Assembly (NCBI GenBank): GCA_038890615.1
Contig: JAWAFI010000003.1
Location: 20,807-84,806, forward strand
Source of the DNA: Candidatus Anstonellales archaeon
GTDB lineage: Archaea > Micrarchaeota > Micrarchaeia > Anstonellales > J096
DNA: 64,000 nucleotides
Direction: 5' to 3'
Part shown: in pieces, positions 1 to 9,534 of the stretch
How positions within the stretch are numbered: position 1 is the stretch's first letter
Layout of the letters: the number at the start of each line of letters is the position of its first letter
Notes under the pieces: model-generated
The model's input: the letters and a program-made list of their open reading frames with translations, nothing else
Database searches by the model: none
Told to the model about the DNA's origin: nothing
Made by a program: the position numbers and the translations under genes

Positions 1-2
1 AC

Positions 3-113
3 GCAGGCTTTGAGTTTGACGAGGAATGCAGAAGAAAATACAAGGAGCTGTTAAGAAAGAAAGGCATAGGTGAGCTTGCCTGCGTGATGGTTGCCAAAAA
101 GAGGGTTTTATAG
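3..113 (+). CDS. 3' end of a gene running in from the window edge (unknown product)
   Basis: Open frame from 3 (AGFEFDEECRRKYKELLRKKGIGELACVMVAKKRVL) to TAG 111-113, convergent with the HAD gene. Confidence 0.5.
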   Translation, partial: AGFEFDEECRRKYKELLRKKGIGELACVMVAKKRVL

Positions 114-758
114 CTTTTTTGCAATCTCTATTGCTTCTTTAAGGTCCTTGGCAACAGCAAGAGCTTTGCTGAAATCCTGCGCCTTTGAAAATTCAGTTGG
201 CACTGCAATTACCCTTATCCCTGCTGAGCTAGCGGCTTCAACTCCTGATGATGTGTCCTCAAATGCTATTGACTTTTTTGGGCTTGCCCCTGTTTTTTCA
301 AGGGCTTCCAAGTACAAGTCAGGGGATGGCTTTCCGCTCTTTCCTTCCTTGAGGCCTATCAGCAGGTCAACCTTGCCATCAAGGCCTGCTGCGCCAGCCT
401 TTTCAATGAGCCTTTGCTCAACAGAGCCAGAAACAACACCAACAACCGAGCTAACTCTTTTCATCTCATTTATCGCATGCTCTGCATAGGGAAGAAGAGG
501 AATGCCTTCTTTTGCTGTGATTTGCCTTGCATAACCATCCCTCTTGTCCCTTAGGGCAGCGGGGTCCTCTGCCAAGCAGAATCTAGAGGACAAATTCAAA
601 GCAATAGTTATGGCATCCAAGCCGCTTAAGGAGGAGTAATCTCTCTTGGTTATTTTATGGCCATACTCAGAAAGCACAAGGTTCCACGCCCTGAAAGCAA
701 TCCTTTCGCTGTCAGCAAGCAAGCCATCAAAGTCAAAGAAAGCAGCGTCAAACTTCAC
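108..758 (-). CDS. HAD-superfamily phosphatase (beta-phosphoglucomutase/CbbY-like)
   Basis: Motif I FDFDGLLADS, GKPSPDLY, FEDTSSG; true start GTG 758 with GGTG SD (the ORF-track extension runs into tRNA-Leu). Confidence 0.9.
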   Translation of the reverse strand: MKFDAAFFDFDGLLADSERIAFRAWNLVLSEYGHKITKRDYSSLSGLDAITIALNLSSRFCLAEDPAALRDKRDGYARQITAKEGIPLLPYAEHAINEMKRVSSVVGVVSGSVEQRLIEKAGAAGLDGKVDLLIGLKEGKSGKPSPDLYLEALEKTGASPKKSIAFEDTSSGVEAASSAGIRVIAVPTEFSKAQDFSKALAVAKDLKEAIEIAKKL

Positions 759-769
759 TGAAGCACCAG

Positions 770-853
770 TGCAGGGGGTGGGATTCGAACCCACGTAGCC
801 ACTAAGGCACTAGCCCCTCAAGCTAGCACGTTTGGCCGCTCCGCCACCCCTGC
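770..853 (-). tRNA. tRNA-Leu(GAG)
   Basis: GCAGGGG/CCCCTGC acceptor stem, anticodon arm CTAGC-TTGAGGG-GCTAG, long variable arm, GGTTCGAATCC T-arm, no encoded CCA. Confidence 0.95.
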
Positions 854-894
854 TTTTGCCTATAAAATGAAAGTGGCTGTTTAAAAAAGTTGTG

Positions 895-2715
895 CTATTT
901 CACGGTGACGCTTTTTGCAAGGTTCCTCGGCTTGTCGATATTCAGGCCTTTCAGCATTGCAGTGTGGTGGGCTAACAGCTGGAGGGGCAATACGCTTATT
1001 ATTGGCGAAAACATAGGGAGCGTAGAAGGCACCTGAAAGAATGCGCCATTTGAATCAGAAACGCAAAAAATTAGCCCTCCCCTTGCTTCTACTTCTTTTA
1101 TATTCCCTTCCATGTCATCAAAATTTTCATCTATCATGTTTATAGCAATAACAGGAGTGCCTTTCTCAACTAATGCAAGCGGGCCGTGCTTAAGCTCGCC
1201 TCCTGCATAGGCAATTGAATGGATATAGGATATCTCCTTGATTTTCAGTGCCCCTTCCAATGCTATTGGGTAGCTCCTTCCTCTCCCTATGTAAATAATG
1301 TATTTGTTGCCTGCAATCTTGAATGATGCTTCCTTTGCCTTCTTGTCTACCTTTTTAAGGCAATAGCCTATCTTTTCCGGGATTCTGCGCAATTCAGAAA
1401 TCTCCCTGCTAACCTTATAGCCATTCACTGCCCTGAAGTAGAGGTTAAGAAGGAAAAGCACTGCTAACTGGGAAGTAAAGGCCTTTGTTGAGGCAACGCT
1501 TAGCTCAGGCCCTGCGTAGATAAACTTGCCCCCATCAGTTTCCTCTGCAATAGTGCTTCCTGGCACATTGCATATTCCAAAAGTAGGCTTATCCCACTCG
1601 TTCACCTTCCTTAGCACATTTATCGTGTCTGCTGTTTCCCCTGATTGGCTTATGAAAACATAGAGATCATAAGTGTCTTTAAGGGTATGAAGAGCTTCTG
1701 AAGAAAGGAAGGCATTTGCCTCTATCTCAGGCATTTTGCTGAACGAGTAGGCAGCACATAGTGCAGCATGATAAGAAGTGCCCGCTCCAATAAAAGCGAT
1801 CTTCTTTGCCTCCTTTAAATAGCTGGGGTCTATGCTGCCAAGATCCCCAAGGCCGTTCTCAGGCCTTCCCCTTTCTATCCACTCTTTAAGGAACTCCAGC
1901 CTCCCCTTTCCACTGCTTCCTGTGAGAGCCATCCTGACTGATTTTTCCTGTTCATAAATTTCCTTTAGCATGAAGGTAGGGTATGAACCCTTTGAAACTT
2001 CAGCGCGAGCAAAGGAAAGGGTTTTTTTCTCAGTAACCCCATAAATTTTGTAGCCCTTTTGGCTTATCACCACTGCATCCCCGTCATTAAGCGAAAAATA
2101 TTCGCCGGCCCTTCCTATAAGGGCATTAACATCAGAGCTTATGTAAGTTCCATTCTTTCCTATCCCTACTTTAAGGGGGCTTCCAAACCTCGCGCCAACT
2201 AAGTAGTCAAACCCAGCACAAAGAACTGCTATCCCATAGGTTCCTTTTAGCTTCCCTTGCACATGCTTAACTGCTTCCACTAAGCTTTTCTTCTGCTTAA
2301 GCTCTTCCTCAATCAAGTGGGCAATAACTTCTGAGTCAGTTTCAGATGTAAATTTATGCCCCTTAAGCCCCTGCTTGAGCTCTTGATAGTTTTCTATGAT
2401 CCCGTTGTGGACAACTGCAACTTTCCCGTCGCAGCTTAAGTGAGGGTGAGCGTTCCTTTTGCTAGGCTTGCCGTGGGTTGCCCACCTCGTATGGGCCACT
2501 GCGAGGAAAAACCCAGGGTTCAAAAACCTGTTGTCCTTGAAAACCCTTTTCTTCAAGGTTGAAACTTCTCCTTTTATTTTCTCAACCTCAATAACTTTCC
2601 CATTCGAAATCGCAAGCCCTGCAGAATCATAGCCCCTGTATTCCAGCACTTCGAGCGCATTTATTGACTCTATTGCAGCAGGGAGGAATCCAGCATACCC
2701 GATTATGCCGCACAT
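895..2715 (-). CDS. glmS: Glutamine--fructose-6-phosphate aminotransferase (isomerizing)
   Basis: Start MCGIIG (Ntn Cys1), EYRGYDSAG, HTRWATHG, SQSGETADT, ELKHGP, C-terminal PRNLAKSVTV. Confidence 0.97.
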   Translation of the reverse strand: MCGIIGYAGFLPAAIESINALEVLEYRGYDSAGLAISNGKVIEVEKIKGEVSTLKKRVFKDNRFLNPGFFLAVAHTRWATHGKPSKRNAHPHLSCDGKVAVVHNGIIENYQELKQGLKGHKFTSETDSEVIAHLIEEELKQKKSLVEAVKHVQGKLKGTYGIAVLCAGFDYLVGARFGSPLKVGIGKNGTYISSDVNALIGRAGEYFSLNDGDAVVISQKGYKIYGVTEKKTLSFARAEVSKGSYPTFMLKEIYEQEKSVRMALTGSSGKGRLEFLKEWIERGRPENGLGDLGSIDPSYLKEAKKIAFIGAGTSYHAALCAAYSFSKMPEIEANAFLSSEALHTLKDTYDLYVFISQSGETADTINVLRKVNEWDKPTFGICNVPGSTIAEETDGGKFIYAGPELSVASTKAFTSQLAVLFLLNLYFRAVNGYKVSREISELRRIPEKIGYCLKKVDKKAKEASFKIAGNKYIIYIGRGRSYPIALEGALKIKEISYIHSIAYAGGELKHGPLALVEKGTPVIAINMIDENFDDMEGNIKEVEARGGLIFCVSDSNGAFFQVPSTLPMFSPIISVLPLQLLAHHTAMLKGLNIDKPRNLAKSVTVK

Positions 2716-2725
2716 GCCTATTCCT

Positions 2726-3238
2726 CTATTCTTTTTTGTAATAAGCAAGGATCTGCCAGAAATTCCAGCCAACTGTCTTTTGCCTTGAAAGGCCAAGCTT
2801 CTTAAGCGTTTCCTTGATGTCTTTTTCAGAGGGCGCCTCAATCTCAGCAAACGCTGGTATCCCTTTATGCTCATCTATTTCTATCCTGACATTCCCAAGA
2901 ATGTAAGAAGTCCTTTTCTTCTTGAGGCGCTTTATCTCTTGCATGCCAACAGAGCAGAGAATCTTTTTTGCCTCCTTAAAGTTCGAAACTCCGATCTCCT
3001 TCTCCTCCATAATTTTCATGCAGTCGGACTTCAAGCTTGTCTTGAATGTCAGCATTACCTTCTTGCCCTGCTTCCTGAGCCTCAAGATTGAGCCGCTCTT
3101 CTTAAGCTCCCCTCCCTGAAAGTCAAAATAGATGTTCTCAACAGGGCCGCAATACTCTCTTTTTGCCTTAAGCTCGGCAAGCCTTTTTTCGAGTGCTTTC
3201 TTGTCTATGTCAAGCACTTTTGTCTCAATTTCGCGCAT
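2726..3238 (-). CDS. cyaB: CYTH-domain protein (class IV adenylate cyclase/triphosphate tunnel family)
   Basis: N-terminal ExExK (REIETK), LRLR, KKRTSY, FAEIE motifs. Confidence 0.85.
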   Translation of the reverse strand: MREIETKVLDIDKKALEKRLAELKAKREYCGPVENIYFDFQGGELKKSGSILRLRKQGKKVMLTFKTSLKSDCMKIMEEKEIGVSNFKEAKKILCSVGMQEIKRLKKKRTSYILGNVRIEIDEHKGIPAFAEIEAPSEKDIKETLKKLGLSRQKTVGWNFWQILAYYKKE

Positions 3239-3259
3239 ATGCTATATTAGAAAGCTATT

Positions 3260-3844
3260 TTAAAAAATACTGCCCTTCCTTTCTGGAAGCACTATCGTGC
3301 CTTCTTTCTTACACCCTGCCTCATAGCCTTTGCCCTCAATAAAAAGCTTGATGGTTATTGCAGCGCATATTGCATCCATAACATCCTGCGGCTGTTCTGG
3401 GTTTACCTTAATTCCAGCCTCATTTTCAATCCAGCTTGCTATTGCTTCCTTGTCTTTCCTGCTTATTCCAAAAAGGTCATATGTGGCTCCTGGATATACC
3501 TCATAAACCTTCGCTCCGCTCTTTTCAAGGGCTTTCTTCAATCTTATTCCCCTTTCTGTAAGCTTCCTCATAGGACCAAGGAAAATAGGGAAGAACTTTA
3601 TCCCAAGCTTCCTCAGCTCCAAGTCGCATTCCCTGAACTGCGGGCCTATCTTCCCAATACACTTCCTTCCTTTTGGAAGTGAAAGCGGGGCGTCTATCCC
3701 GATATGGGTTGCGCCTTTACAAACCTCAATAATGTCTTTGTCTGAAAAGGCAATTCCATATTTTTCCCCTTTTTTTGAAATAATGCAATAGCCGGTGCTG
3801 CGTTTTTCGCTGCCAGCCAAATCAATCCCCGCAACAACGACCAT
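3260..3844 (-). CDS. DUF429-like protein (RNase H-like fold)
   Basis: GIDLAG, IGIDAPLSLP, RECD, EVYP, DAICAA motifs. Confidence 0.8.
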   Translation of the reverse strand: MVVVAGIDLAGSEKRSTGYCIISKKGEKYGIAFSDKDIIEVCKGATHIGIDAPLSLPKGRKCIGKIGPQFRECDLELRKLGIKFFPIFLGPMRKLTERGIRLKKALEKSGAKVYEVYPGATYDLFGISRKDKEAIASWIENEAGIKVNPEQPQDVMDAICAAITIKLFIEGKGYEAGCKKEGTIVLPERKGSIF

Positions 3845-3895
3845 CAACGGATATAGAGAGAAAGATTTAAAAATAATATACTATTTATTATAGCG

Positions 3896-4273
3896 GTGAA
3901 CAGAATGGCAGCACCAAAAAATAAGGATTTGCTTGCAACATATGGGCCTTGGTTCTTTGTACTTGCCGTTTTAGTGGCTATAGTTGCAGGCTTGCTTAGC
4001 TTGGATCCAGTGCTAGCAACGCTTTTGATGGTAGTCCTAGGTCTATTAGTAGGAATAACCAACATTACTAGTGAAGAGGAAATGCTATTCTTAGTGGCTT
4101 CCTTGGCTTTTATAGCAGGGGCAGGGTCCCTTGGTCCCCTATTTGCAACCCTAAACACAGTGTTTGCTTTCGGGACTATCCTTGCAAACATCCTTAATTA
4201 CTTCGTTGCATTTGCAGCACCAGCAGCGTTCGTGGTTGCACTCAAGGCACTCTATAGGATGAGCAAGGACTAA
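3896..4273 (+). CDS. Small integral membrane protein (about 4 TM), hypothetical; alternative ATG start at 3906
   Basis: Four hydrophobic segments, GLLVGITNI..EE..FL pattern. Confidence 0.75.
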   Translation: MNRMAAPKNKDLLATYGPWFFVLAVLVAIVAGLLSLDPVLATLLMVVLGLLVGITNITSEEEMLFLVASLAFIAGAGSLGPLFATLNTVFAFGTILANILNYFVAFAAPAAFVVALKALYRMSKD

Positions 4274-4339
4274 AACTAAACACTTAACCTCCTTAACTTA
4301 AATTTTTTCTAAAAATATTTTTCAATTTCTAAAATAGTA

Positions 4340-4606
4340 TTAGAGGATCCCTAAAAGGAAAAAAATCAATACAAGCACATATCCAGCAAATCCTCCAAAA
4401 GCAACTATTGCAATAGTTATTATGTTGATAGGAACCCCTATGCCAAAAAGATTGGTTATAAACAAAGCAACAAGGCCAGCAACAGAGTTTAATATTAATG
4501 TTTGGAGCATCTTTGAGCCAAACCTAAAAACAAGGTAGGCAAAAACAACTGCGCATATAACAGCAATAAAAGCAGGCACTAGCATAAGCATGCTTTTCAT
4601 ATGCAT
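4340..4606 (-). CDS. BofA-like (pro-sigmaK processing inhibitor family) membrane protein
   Basis: NSVAGLVALF..N..GI.VPINIITIAIVAFGG..G pattern. Confidence 0.7.
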   Translation of the reverse strand: MHMKSMLMLVPAFIAVICAVVFAYLVFRFGSKMLQTLILNSVAGLVALFITNLFGIGVPINIITIAIVAFGGFAGYVLVLIFFLLGIL

Positions 4607-4638
4607 TTTGCAAATAAAAGCTTTTTGGAAAAATAGTT

Positions 4639-5109
4639 TTGGAAATTCTAAAAAAGTTTTACAATAAAAGCCAAGTTTTTTCCTTTGAGCAGTGTAGGTT
4701 ATGGGCTTAAATTAAGCAATTGCTTAAAATATACGAGAGAAAGAAAAGCTTTTTTAGTGCTTAATCAAAAAATCCGTTTACCATTTAAGTATACAAGAAA
4801 ATAATTAATTTACTATATTGGTAAACAACAAACTAAAAGCACTTAGGCCTTTCCAAAAGCTGAGTTTATCATAATGGTATGATAATGAACACTTTGGATA
4901 GCACAATAATGCTTGGTTGCTAAAAAAACCAAAAAGCTGAGAGAGAGCATATTTTTGTTTACCATAATGGTGTAGAGAAAGCACTAAAAATACCATTATG
5001 CGAAACTATACCAAAATAATGCGAAGAGTATAGGGTTTGAGCGCCAAAATAAGGAAAATAAAAAAGATTGTTGGAAATTCTAAAAAAGTTTAAGAAAATA
5101 AAAAAGATT
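4639..5109. repeat. AT-rich non-coding tract with direct, inverted and palindromic repeats
   Basis: TTGGAAATTCTAAAAAAGTTT at 4639 and 5071; GAAAATAAAAAAGATT at 5054 and 5094; palindrome TTAAGCAATTGCTTAA 4712-4727; inverted pair TTTTTAGTGCTT 4751 / AAGCACTAAAAA 4979. Confidence 0.75.
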
Positions 5110-5116
5110 ATTAGAA

Positions 5117-5587
5117 TCAAAGTGTTGGTTTCTTGAAAGCAAGCAGGCAAAGCTCAGTTGGCCCTTTTGAGCTATTCAAATTAAGCATCACAAACTTCCT
5201 AAGCTCCTCAACCTTTTGCCAGTCAGAATAAAAAGATGCAATGAGCTCAGGGTTGTAAGCACGTAGCGAAGTATGTAAGGGGCTGTTGCTTATGAAAAGG
5301 TGGGCGTTTATGCCATCAGGAAGCGTCTTGTCTTTAAGATAAGAAAAGTAGGGCACTAGAAGAAAAAAGGAAATCTTAGGTATAAGGAATGAAGTAAGTA
5401 TTGAAAAGTAAGGCCCTTTTATTGCCCTGAGTGAATCTGGATGGTCCGTAGGTCTATGGTAAGAAATAAGGATTGATGGCTCTTTTGCAAAACTGTTAAG
5501 GCGCTCAACAAAAATTGGGTAATTAAAGCCCTTCTTTGAGTTGTACCAAGCCTTAAAATACGCAACGGCCTTTTCCTTAACCTCCAT
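5117..5587 (-). CDS. Hypothetical protein
   Basis: 156-aa ORF with a TATA-like element upstream; no motif recognised. Confidence 0.6.
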   Translation of the reverse strand: MEVKEKAVAYFKAWYNSKKGFNYPIFVERLNSFAKEPSILISYHRPTDHPDSLRAIKGPYFSILTSFLIPKISFFLLVPYFSYLKDKTLPDGINAHLFISNSPLHTSLRAYNPELIASFYSDWQKVEELRKFVMLNLNSSKGPTELCLLAFKKPTL

Positions 5588-5748
5588 GTACAATAAGGCG
5601 GTAAGAAATATTTAAGCATTTTGGAAAAGAATGTAAATAGGGAGGGCTAAATGCATCATGGCGACCATAGGAAGGATAGAAGAAGCAGGGAGCTTCACAT
5701 GTAATAAAAGAGGCAAAGGAAATAATTGAAATAAGGCAAGAAGCTTAG

Positions 5749-5913
5749 GTGGGTGGGAAGATAAAGTTCAAAAAAAGGATAGAATATTTTATCAGCTCAG
5801 ATGGCTCAATAGTTGAGAAAGAGTTGGTTACGGTAAGCCCTGAGGATTTCTATAAAATGAAGGAAAAGAGGAAGCTAGCACAGCTTTTTAGGGAAGGCAG
5901 GAAAATAGATTAG
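5749..5913 (+). CDS. Possible small protein or gene remnant (54 aa)
   Basis: GTG-start frame VGGKIKFKKRIEYFISSDGSIVEKELVTVSPEDFYKMKEKRKLAQLFREGRKID with the purine-rich sense-strand bias of real genes. Confidence 0.35.
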   Translation: MGGKIKFKKRIEYFISSDGSIVEKELVTVSPEDFYKMKEKRKLAQLFREGRKID

Positions 5914-5928
5914 TTTCCTTTTGGCCTG

Positions 5929-8900
5929 CTATTCCTCAATCTCTTCATCTTCTTTTATGTTGCTTGCCCTCTTTGAGATTCCCATAAGTATTGGCAGGGC
6001 CTCATTTATTCCATTCACTATTTCTTCAGCACCTTTTTCATTCCATGGAGAAGTGTAAGTTTTTATGATAGGGCTTAACCCCTCCTTTATCTTTGCCTCA
6101 GAAGAATCCAAGTTATAGGTTGGGGAAACAAGCATTGCCACAAGCCCTGCATCTTGGTACTGCGGACCCTTTACATTCCTTGTCTTTTCCCTGTAAACCT
6201 TGGCATATTTCCTTAGTTCCTTCAACTGCTTTATTATTCCTTTTATATCCCCAGCATTATCCCCAAAGTCAGTGAAAAATACGAAAAGTATTGAAGGTGC
6301 AACAGCCAACTCTTTTTTCCAGAGATGAGCAACAACCTCATCTTGTATCTCCTCCATCCTTTTCTGGAAGTTTCTGAGCATACCTGGTATGTCAGTCCCT
6401 CCCCCTGTTGATTCAAAATCATAGAAAACACGCACCATCGAGGGGTCTGAGGGGCTTTTTTCCACAGTGAATTCAGTTGCGTCTATGTCAACAAGGGTGT
6501 CATCAGAAGCCACGGAAATTAGCCTTACCTTTACAAGTGTGTCTTTCTTTCCTTTGGAAAGTATTTTCTGCGCAGCGATAAGTGCAAGCGCATGTTTCTT
6601 GGCAACTTCTTCTCTTTCAGGATCGCTCATGCTTCCGCTTGTGTCAATAACAAGGTAAATGTTGATCGGCCTTATTCTCAGCTCGCTGCCTTTTTCGCTT
6701 GTCTGTATAAGCTTCCTCTCAAAGCTTCGCTCTAATCCCTTTATGTCTCCTGAATAAACGCTCTCAACAAACTTCCTTATGTTGACATTTCCTTTCTTCC
6801 CAACTTCAGGCACAACCGTGAATTCCCCTTCTTTTATTCTGCTCAATAAATTAATATACTTGTCAACAATCTCTTTCTCAATTAATTGGTCGTAAGGCAT
6901 CTTCTGCTTCTCCTTGATTTTGAAATTCTGCTCCTTTGCATCTTCCCTCTCCTTTTCCTCCGTATCACTTCTACCTCTTTTATCAGTCTTTTTAGGATGC
7001 ACTGGCGCCTTCTCATGCGCCTCATCACTTTCTTTTTCCATCTTGTTGACCTCCTTGCCGCGCTCGCCCTTTCCATCTTTAGGGCTTTTTTTGTTGGCAG
7101 GAGATCCTCCTCTTCCTTTTCTCCTTACTCCATCCCCACCCTCAAATTCTTCTCCTCCCTCGTCTTCTTCTTCCCCCTCTGAATAGAGCTCAATTATCTC
7201 TACTTTTACATCCCTGAACACAACAGCAAGCGCAAGGTATTCCATAGAGGCTTCTAAAGCCCTATTCATGGATTTTTCAATGCCTCCTGGTCCTTTTATC
7301 GGAACCCCTTTGCTGTCAACTGGAACTAAGTATCTCATCAACCTATCAAGTTCCTCTACGAATATAGCAGTTTCTGGGTTATTGGAATGGAAGAACATAG
7401 GATAAAGCGGTCCTAGTTTTGTTTTGAGAAGGGTTAGAGCCATTAATTCAGTCAATGAATCCTCTTCAGCAGGGCTAATAATTTTCCCTCCTTCTTCCTT
7501 ACTGCCTTTTACCAACTCATCCCCTTTTAATTTCTGTTTGCTTGCATCTTCTATCTGCTTCCTAAGGTCCTCTGCCCTTTCCTTATGTGCAGCCCAAAGC
7601 AAGGTATAAACTCCCATCCTATAAGCTGCCCTGAAATTTTCTATAGAGTCATTAGGCATTTCGCCAAGTGCTTGAATTACCTCATCTGGCCCATCTGATT
7701 GTGTAAATGCAGCATCTATTTTGTAGTCCTCAAAAACATTTAAGAGATATTCAAATCCAATTTGAGGAAACAGAAAAACAAATGATTTTATATCTTCATC
7801 CCATTTTTTTATGTCGTTTCCGTACATTTCCTTTCCTGTCTTGAGCATAACATCCATTAAAGTTTTTGCTATATCTTCCATAATCACCTCTTTTTTATTC
7901 CTTTTACTTAGATTGAACTTTGAATCAACCTCTTCGGTAGCTTTTCGAATAACCAAATTTATGAAGCTTTCAAGCTTTCTTAGCCTTTCAACTCTTTCTG
8001 GGGTGAACATGTCATTGAACATTTTCTGCGTGGCAAAAAGGTCAACCCTTGGCTCTGCTGAAATGTCAAAAATAAAGCTGCCTTCCTCAATGTGCCCAAC
8101 CTCATGCCTCATAAATTTAAAGAAGAGCAGAGAATTCATTTCTTCTGTATTGAAAAATGTTAAAAATGGTTTTATGAAAATGTTCCTGTTGTTTGTGGCA
8201 GCAGGGGCTTTCAAGTCAATAGTGTAACTTAGCATATGCTGATACTTTGGAAAGAGATAAGAAATATCAGTGCCTAGAAAAAGAGATAAACCATGCTTTT
8301 GGGCAGGCAGCCTGCTTGTTCCTGTGTTTATTCCCAAGTCGATTACTCTGCACCCTTTTGCATCCAAAAAATCCCTTATGTCATTGTCCGGAACAGTATA
8401 CAGAAAAGAATTAACTACCTCTGGAAAAACAGATAATCCTTTGTTGCTCTTCATTTCATTGAATAAATAATTCAAAAATTCGTCCTTTGAAGCTCCTATT
8501 TCTCCCTTCTTTACCCTTTCAACCATATCTCGGTTCACCATAGGAAGGGAATCAAGCAGACCTTCAAGCCCCCCAAGCTTTTCTACCACCCATTCTAGGT
8601 CCCTTTTTGGTATGCCCTCTTCAAGAGAAATAATAGAATGCAGAGCCTCACTAAGGTTTCTTTTTACCTCTGACGGCTTTTCATTTATGCTAAAAAATTT
8701 CATCACTAAAAACTCAAGGTAAGGTACTAGCCCATACTTTGTATCTGTAATAGATGGGAAAAAAACCAACGCAGGATTGTTAAATTCCTTTACTATCTGT
8801 GCTTCCACTGCTTCTGGTGGGTATTTTATATTGTTGCTTTTAATAATGTCTGCGGCAAGTATAGCTCCTGCAATTGCCCTCGAAAAGCTGCCTTTATGAT

Positions 8901-9534
8901 AATTTAGAATCAAATACGACTCTTTTTTCATATGATTTTTTATTTGCTTGCATATGCTCTCTATGAAACCATCATACTTCCCCCTTTTTATTTCGTTTAC
9001 TGTGCCCTCAAGAATTTTAGGGTTAATCTCCAAAAGGAATTGAGCAACCGAATCCTTTATCAATTTTTCTTGTCCCAACATATAATAATCTGAAAAGAAC
9101 GAAACCGTACAATCAAAGGCCTTCTGCACACACACTTCCAGCTCATGTATTGCCTCGTCTTTCTTCCCTTCAAACCTTTTGTCATTATATACTGTCAATC
9201 CTACTTTAAGGAGCATAAAAGAATCTTCTAAGAGGCTTTCAATAACCCTTTCAAGGGTAATTTTCATTGCAAACTTATTATCCGTATACTTAGATTCCTT
9301 TACAAGCTCCTGCACTAATTGGGTAATCTTTTGTCTAAGGAAATCCTTTGCTTCTGAGTTATTTCCACCAAACTTCAAAAGCAATTGCCTAAATCCTTCA
9401 ACTGTAATGTAGCTGTCCAGCTCACTCTTCAATTTCGCTAATAAAGAGTGCTTCTCTTCATCAATCAACCCTTCTCCTTTGAAAAGCGATCTTCTCTTTT
9501 GATTTTGTTCATTTTCTATAATTTTTACACTCAT
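5929..9534 (-). CDS. Large vWA (MIDAS) domain protein with HExxH motif and acidic linker (CobT/CbbO/NorD-like architecture)
   Basis: RHEVGH, LLNVFEDYKID, acidic/low-complexity SEGEEEDEGGEEFEGG linker, MIDAS YLVIDTSGSM..GGGTD..FFTD. Confidence 0.85.
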   Translation of the reverse strand: MSVKIIENEQNQKRRSLFKGEGLIDEEKHSLLAKLKSELDSYITVEGFRQLLLKFGGNNSEAKDFLRQKITQLVQELVKESKYTDNKFAMKITLERVIESLLEDSFMLLKVGLTVYNDKRFEGKKDEAIHELEVCVQKAFDCTVSFFSDYYMLGQEKLIKDSVAQFLLEINPKILEGTVNEIKRGKYDGFIESICKQIKNHMKKESYLILNYHKGSFSRAIAGAILAADIIKSNNIKYPPEAVEAQIVKEFNNPALVFFPSITDTKYGLVPYLEFLVMKFFSINEKPSEVKRNLSEALHSIISLEEGIPKRDLEWVVEKLGGLEGLLDSLPMVNRDMVERVKKGEIGASKDEFLNYLFNEMKSNKGLSVFPEVVNSFLYTVPDNDIRDFLDAKGCRVIDLGINTGTSRLPAQKHGLSLFLGTDISYLFPKYQHMLSYTIDLKAPAATNNRNIFIKPFLTFFNTEEMNSLLFFKFMRHEVGHIEEGSFIFDISAEPRVDLFATQKMFNDMFTPERVERLRKLESFINLVIRKATEEVDSKFNLSKRNKKEVIMEDIAKTLMDVMLKTGKEMYGNDIKKWDEDIKSFVFLFPQIGFEYLLNVFEDYKIDAAFTQSDGPDEVIQALGEMPNDSIENFRAAYRMGVYTLLWAAHKERAEDLRKQIEDASKQKLKGDELVKGSKEEGGKIISPAEEDSLTELMALTLLKTKLGPLYPMFFHSNNPETAIFVEELDRLMRYLVPVDSKGVPIKGPGGIEKSMNRALEASMEYLALAVVFRDVKVEIIELYSEGEEEDEGGEEFEGGDGVRRKGRGGSPANKKSPKDGKGERGKEVNKMEKESDEAHEKAPVHPKKTDKRGRSDTEEKEREDAKEQNFKIKEKQKMPYDQLIEKEIVDKYINLLSRIKEGEFTVVPEVGKKGNVNIRKFVESVYSGDIKGLERSFERKLIQTSEKGSELRIRPINIYLVIDTSGSMSDPEREEVAKKHALALIAAQKILSKGKKDTLVKVRLISVASDDTLVDIDATEFTVEKSPSDPSMVRVFYDFESTGGGTDIPGMLRNFQKRMEEIQDEVVAHLWKKELAVAPSILFVFFTDFGDNAGDIKGIIKQLKELRKYAKVYREKTRNVKGPQYQDAGLVAMLVSPTYNLDSSEAKIKEGLSPIIKTYTSPWNEKGAEEIVNGINEALPILMGISKRASNIKEDEEIEE

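Noticed and set aside
759..794. N-terminal extensions of ORF-track calls for HAD (to 794), gltX (from 18859), rps2 (to 27111), glmS (to 2874) and HD (to 46934)
   Set aside because: They run through tRNA genes or upstream CDSs; conserved N-termini and SD or TATA positions support the shorter starts
4607..5116. Possible CRISPR array or MITE in the repeat-rich tract
   Set aside because: Repeats are not regularly spaced with unique spacers; no terminal inverted repeats with target duplication; no cas or transposase gene
4805..5150. Two 63-aa ORFs in the AT-rich tract
   Set aside because: Atypical composition, no SD or motif, and they overlap the repeat structure; likely spurious
5746..5748. In-frame TAG as possible amber/pyrrolysine readthrough
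   Set aside because: More TAGs lie just upstream in the same frame with no start codon, and TAG is a normal stop in conserved genes here (glmS, secG)
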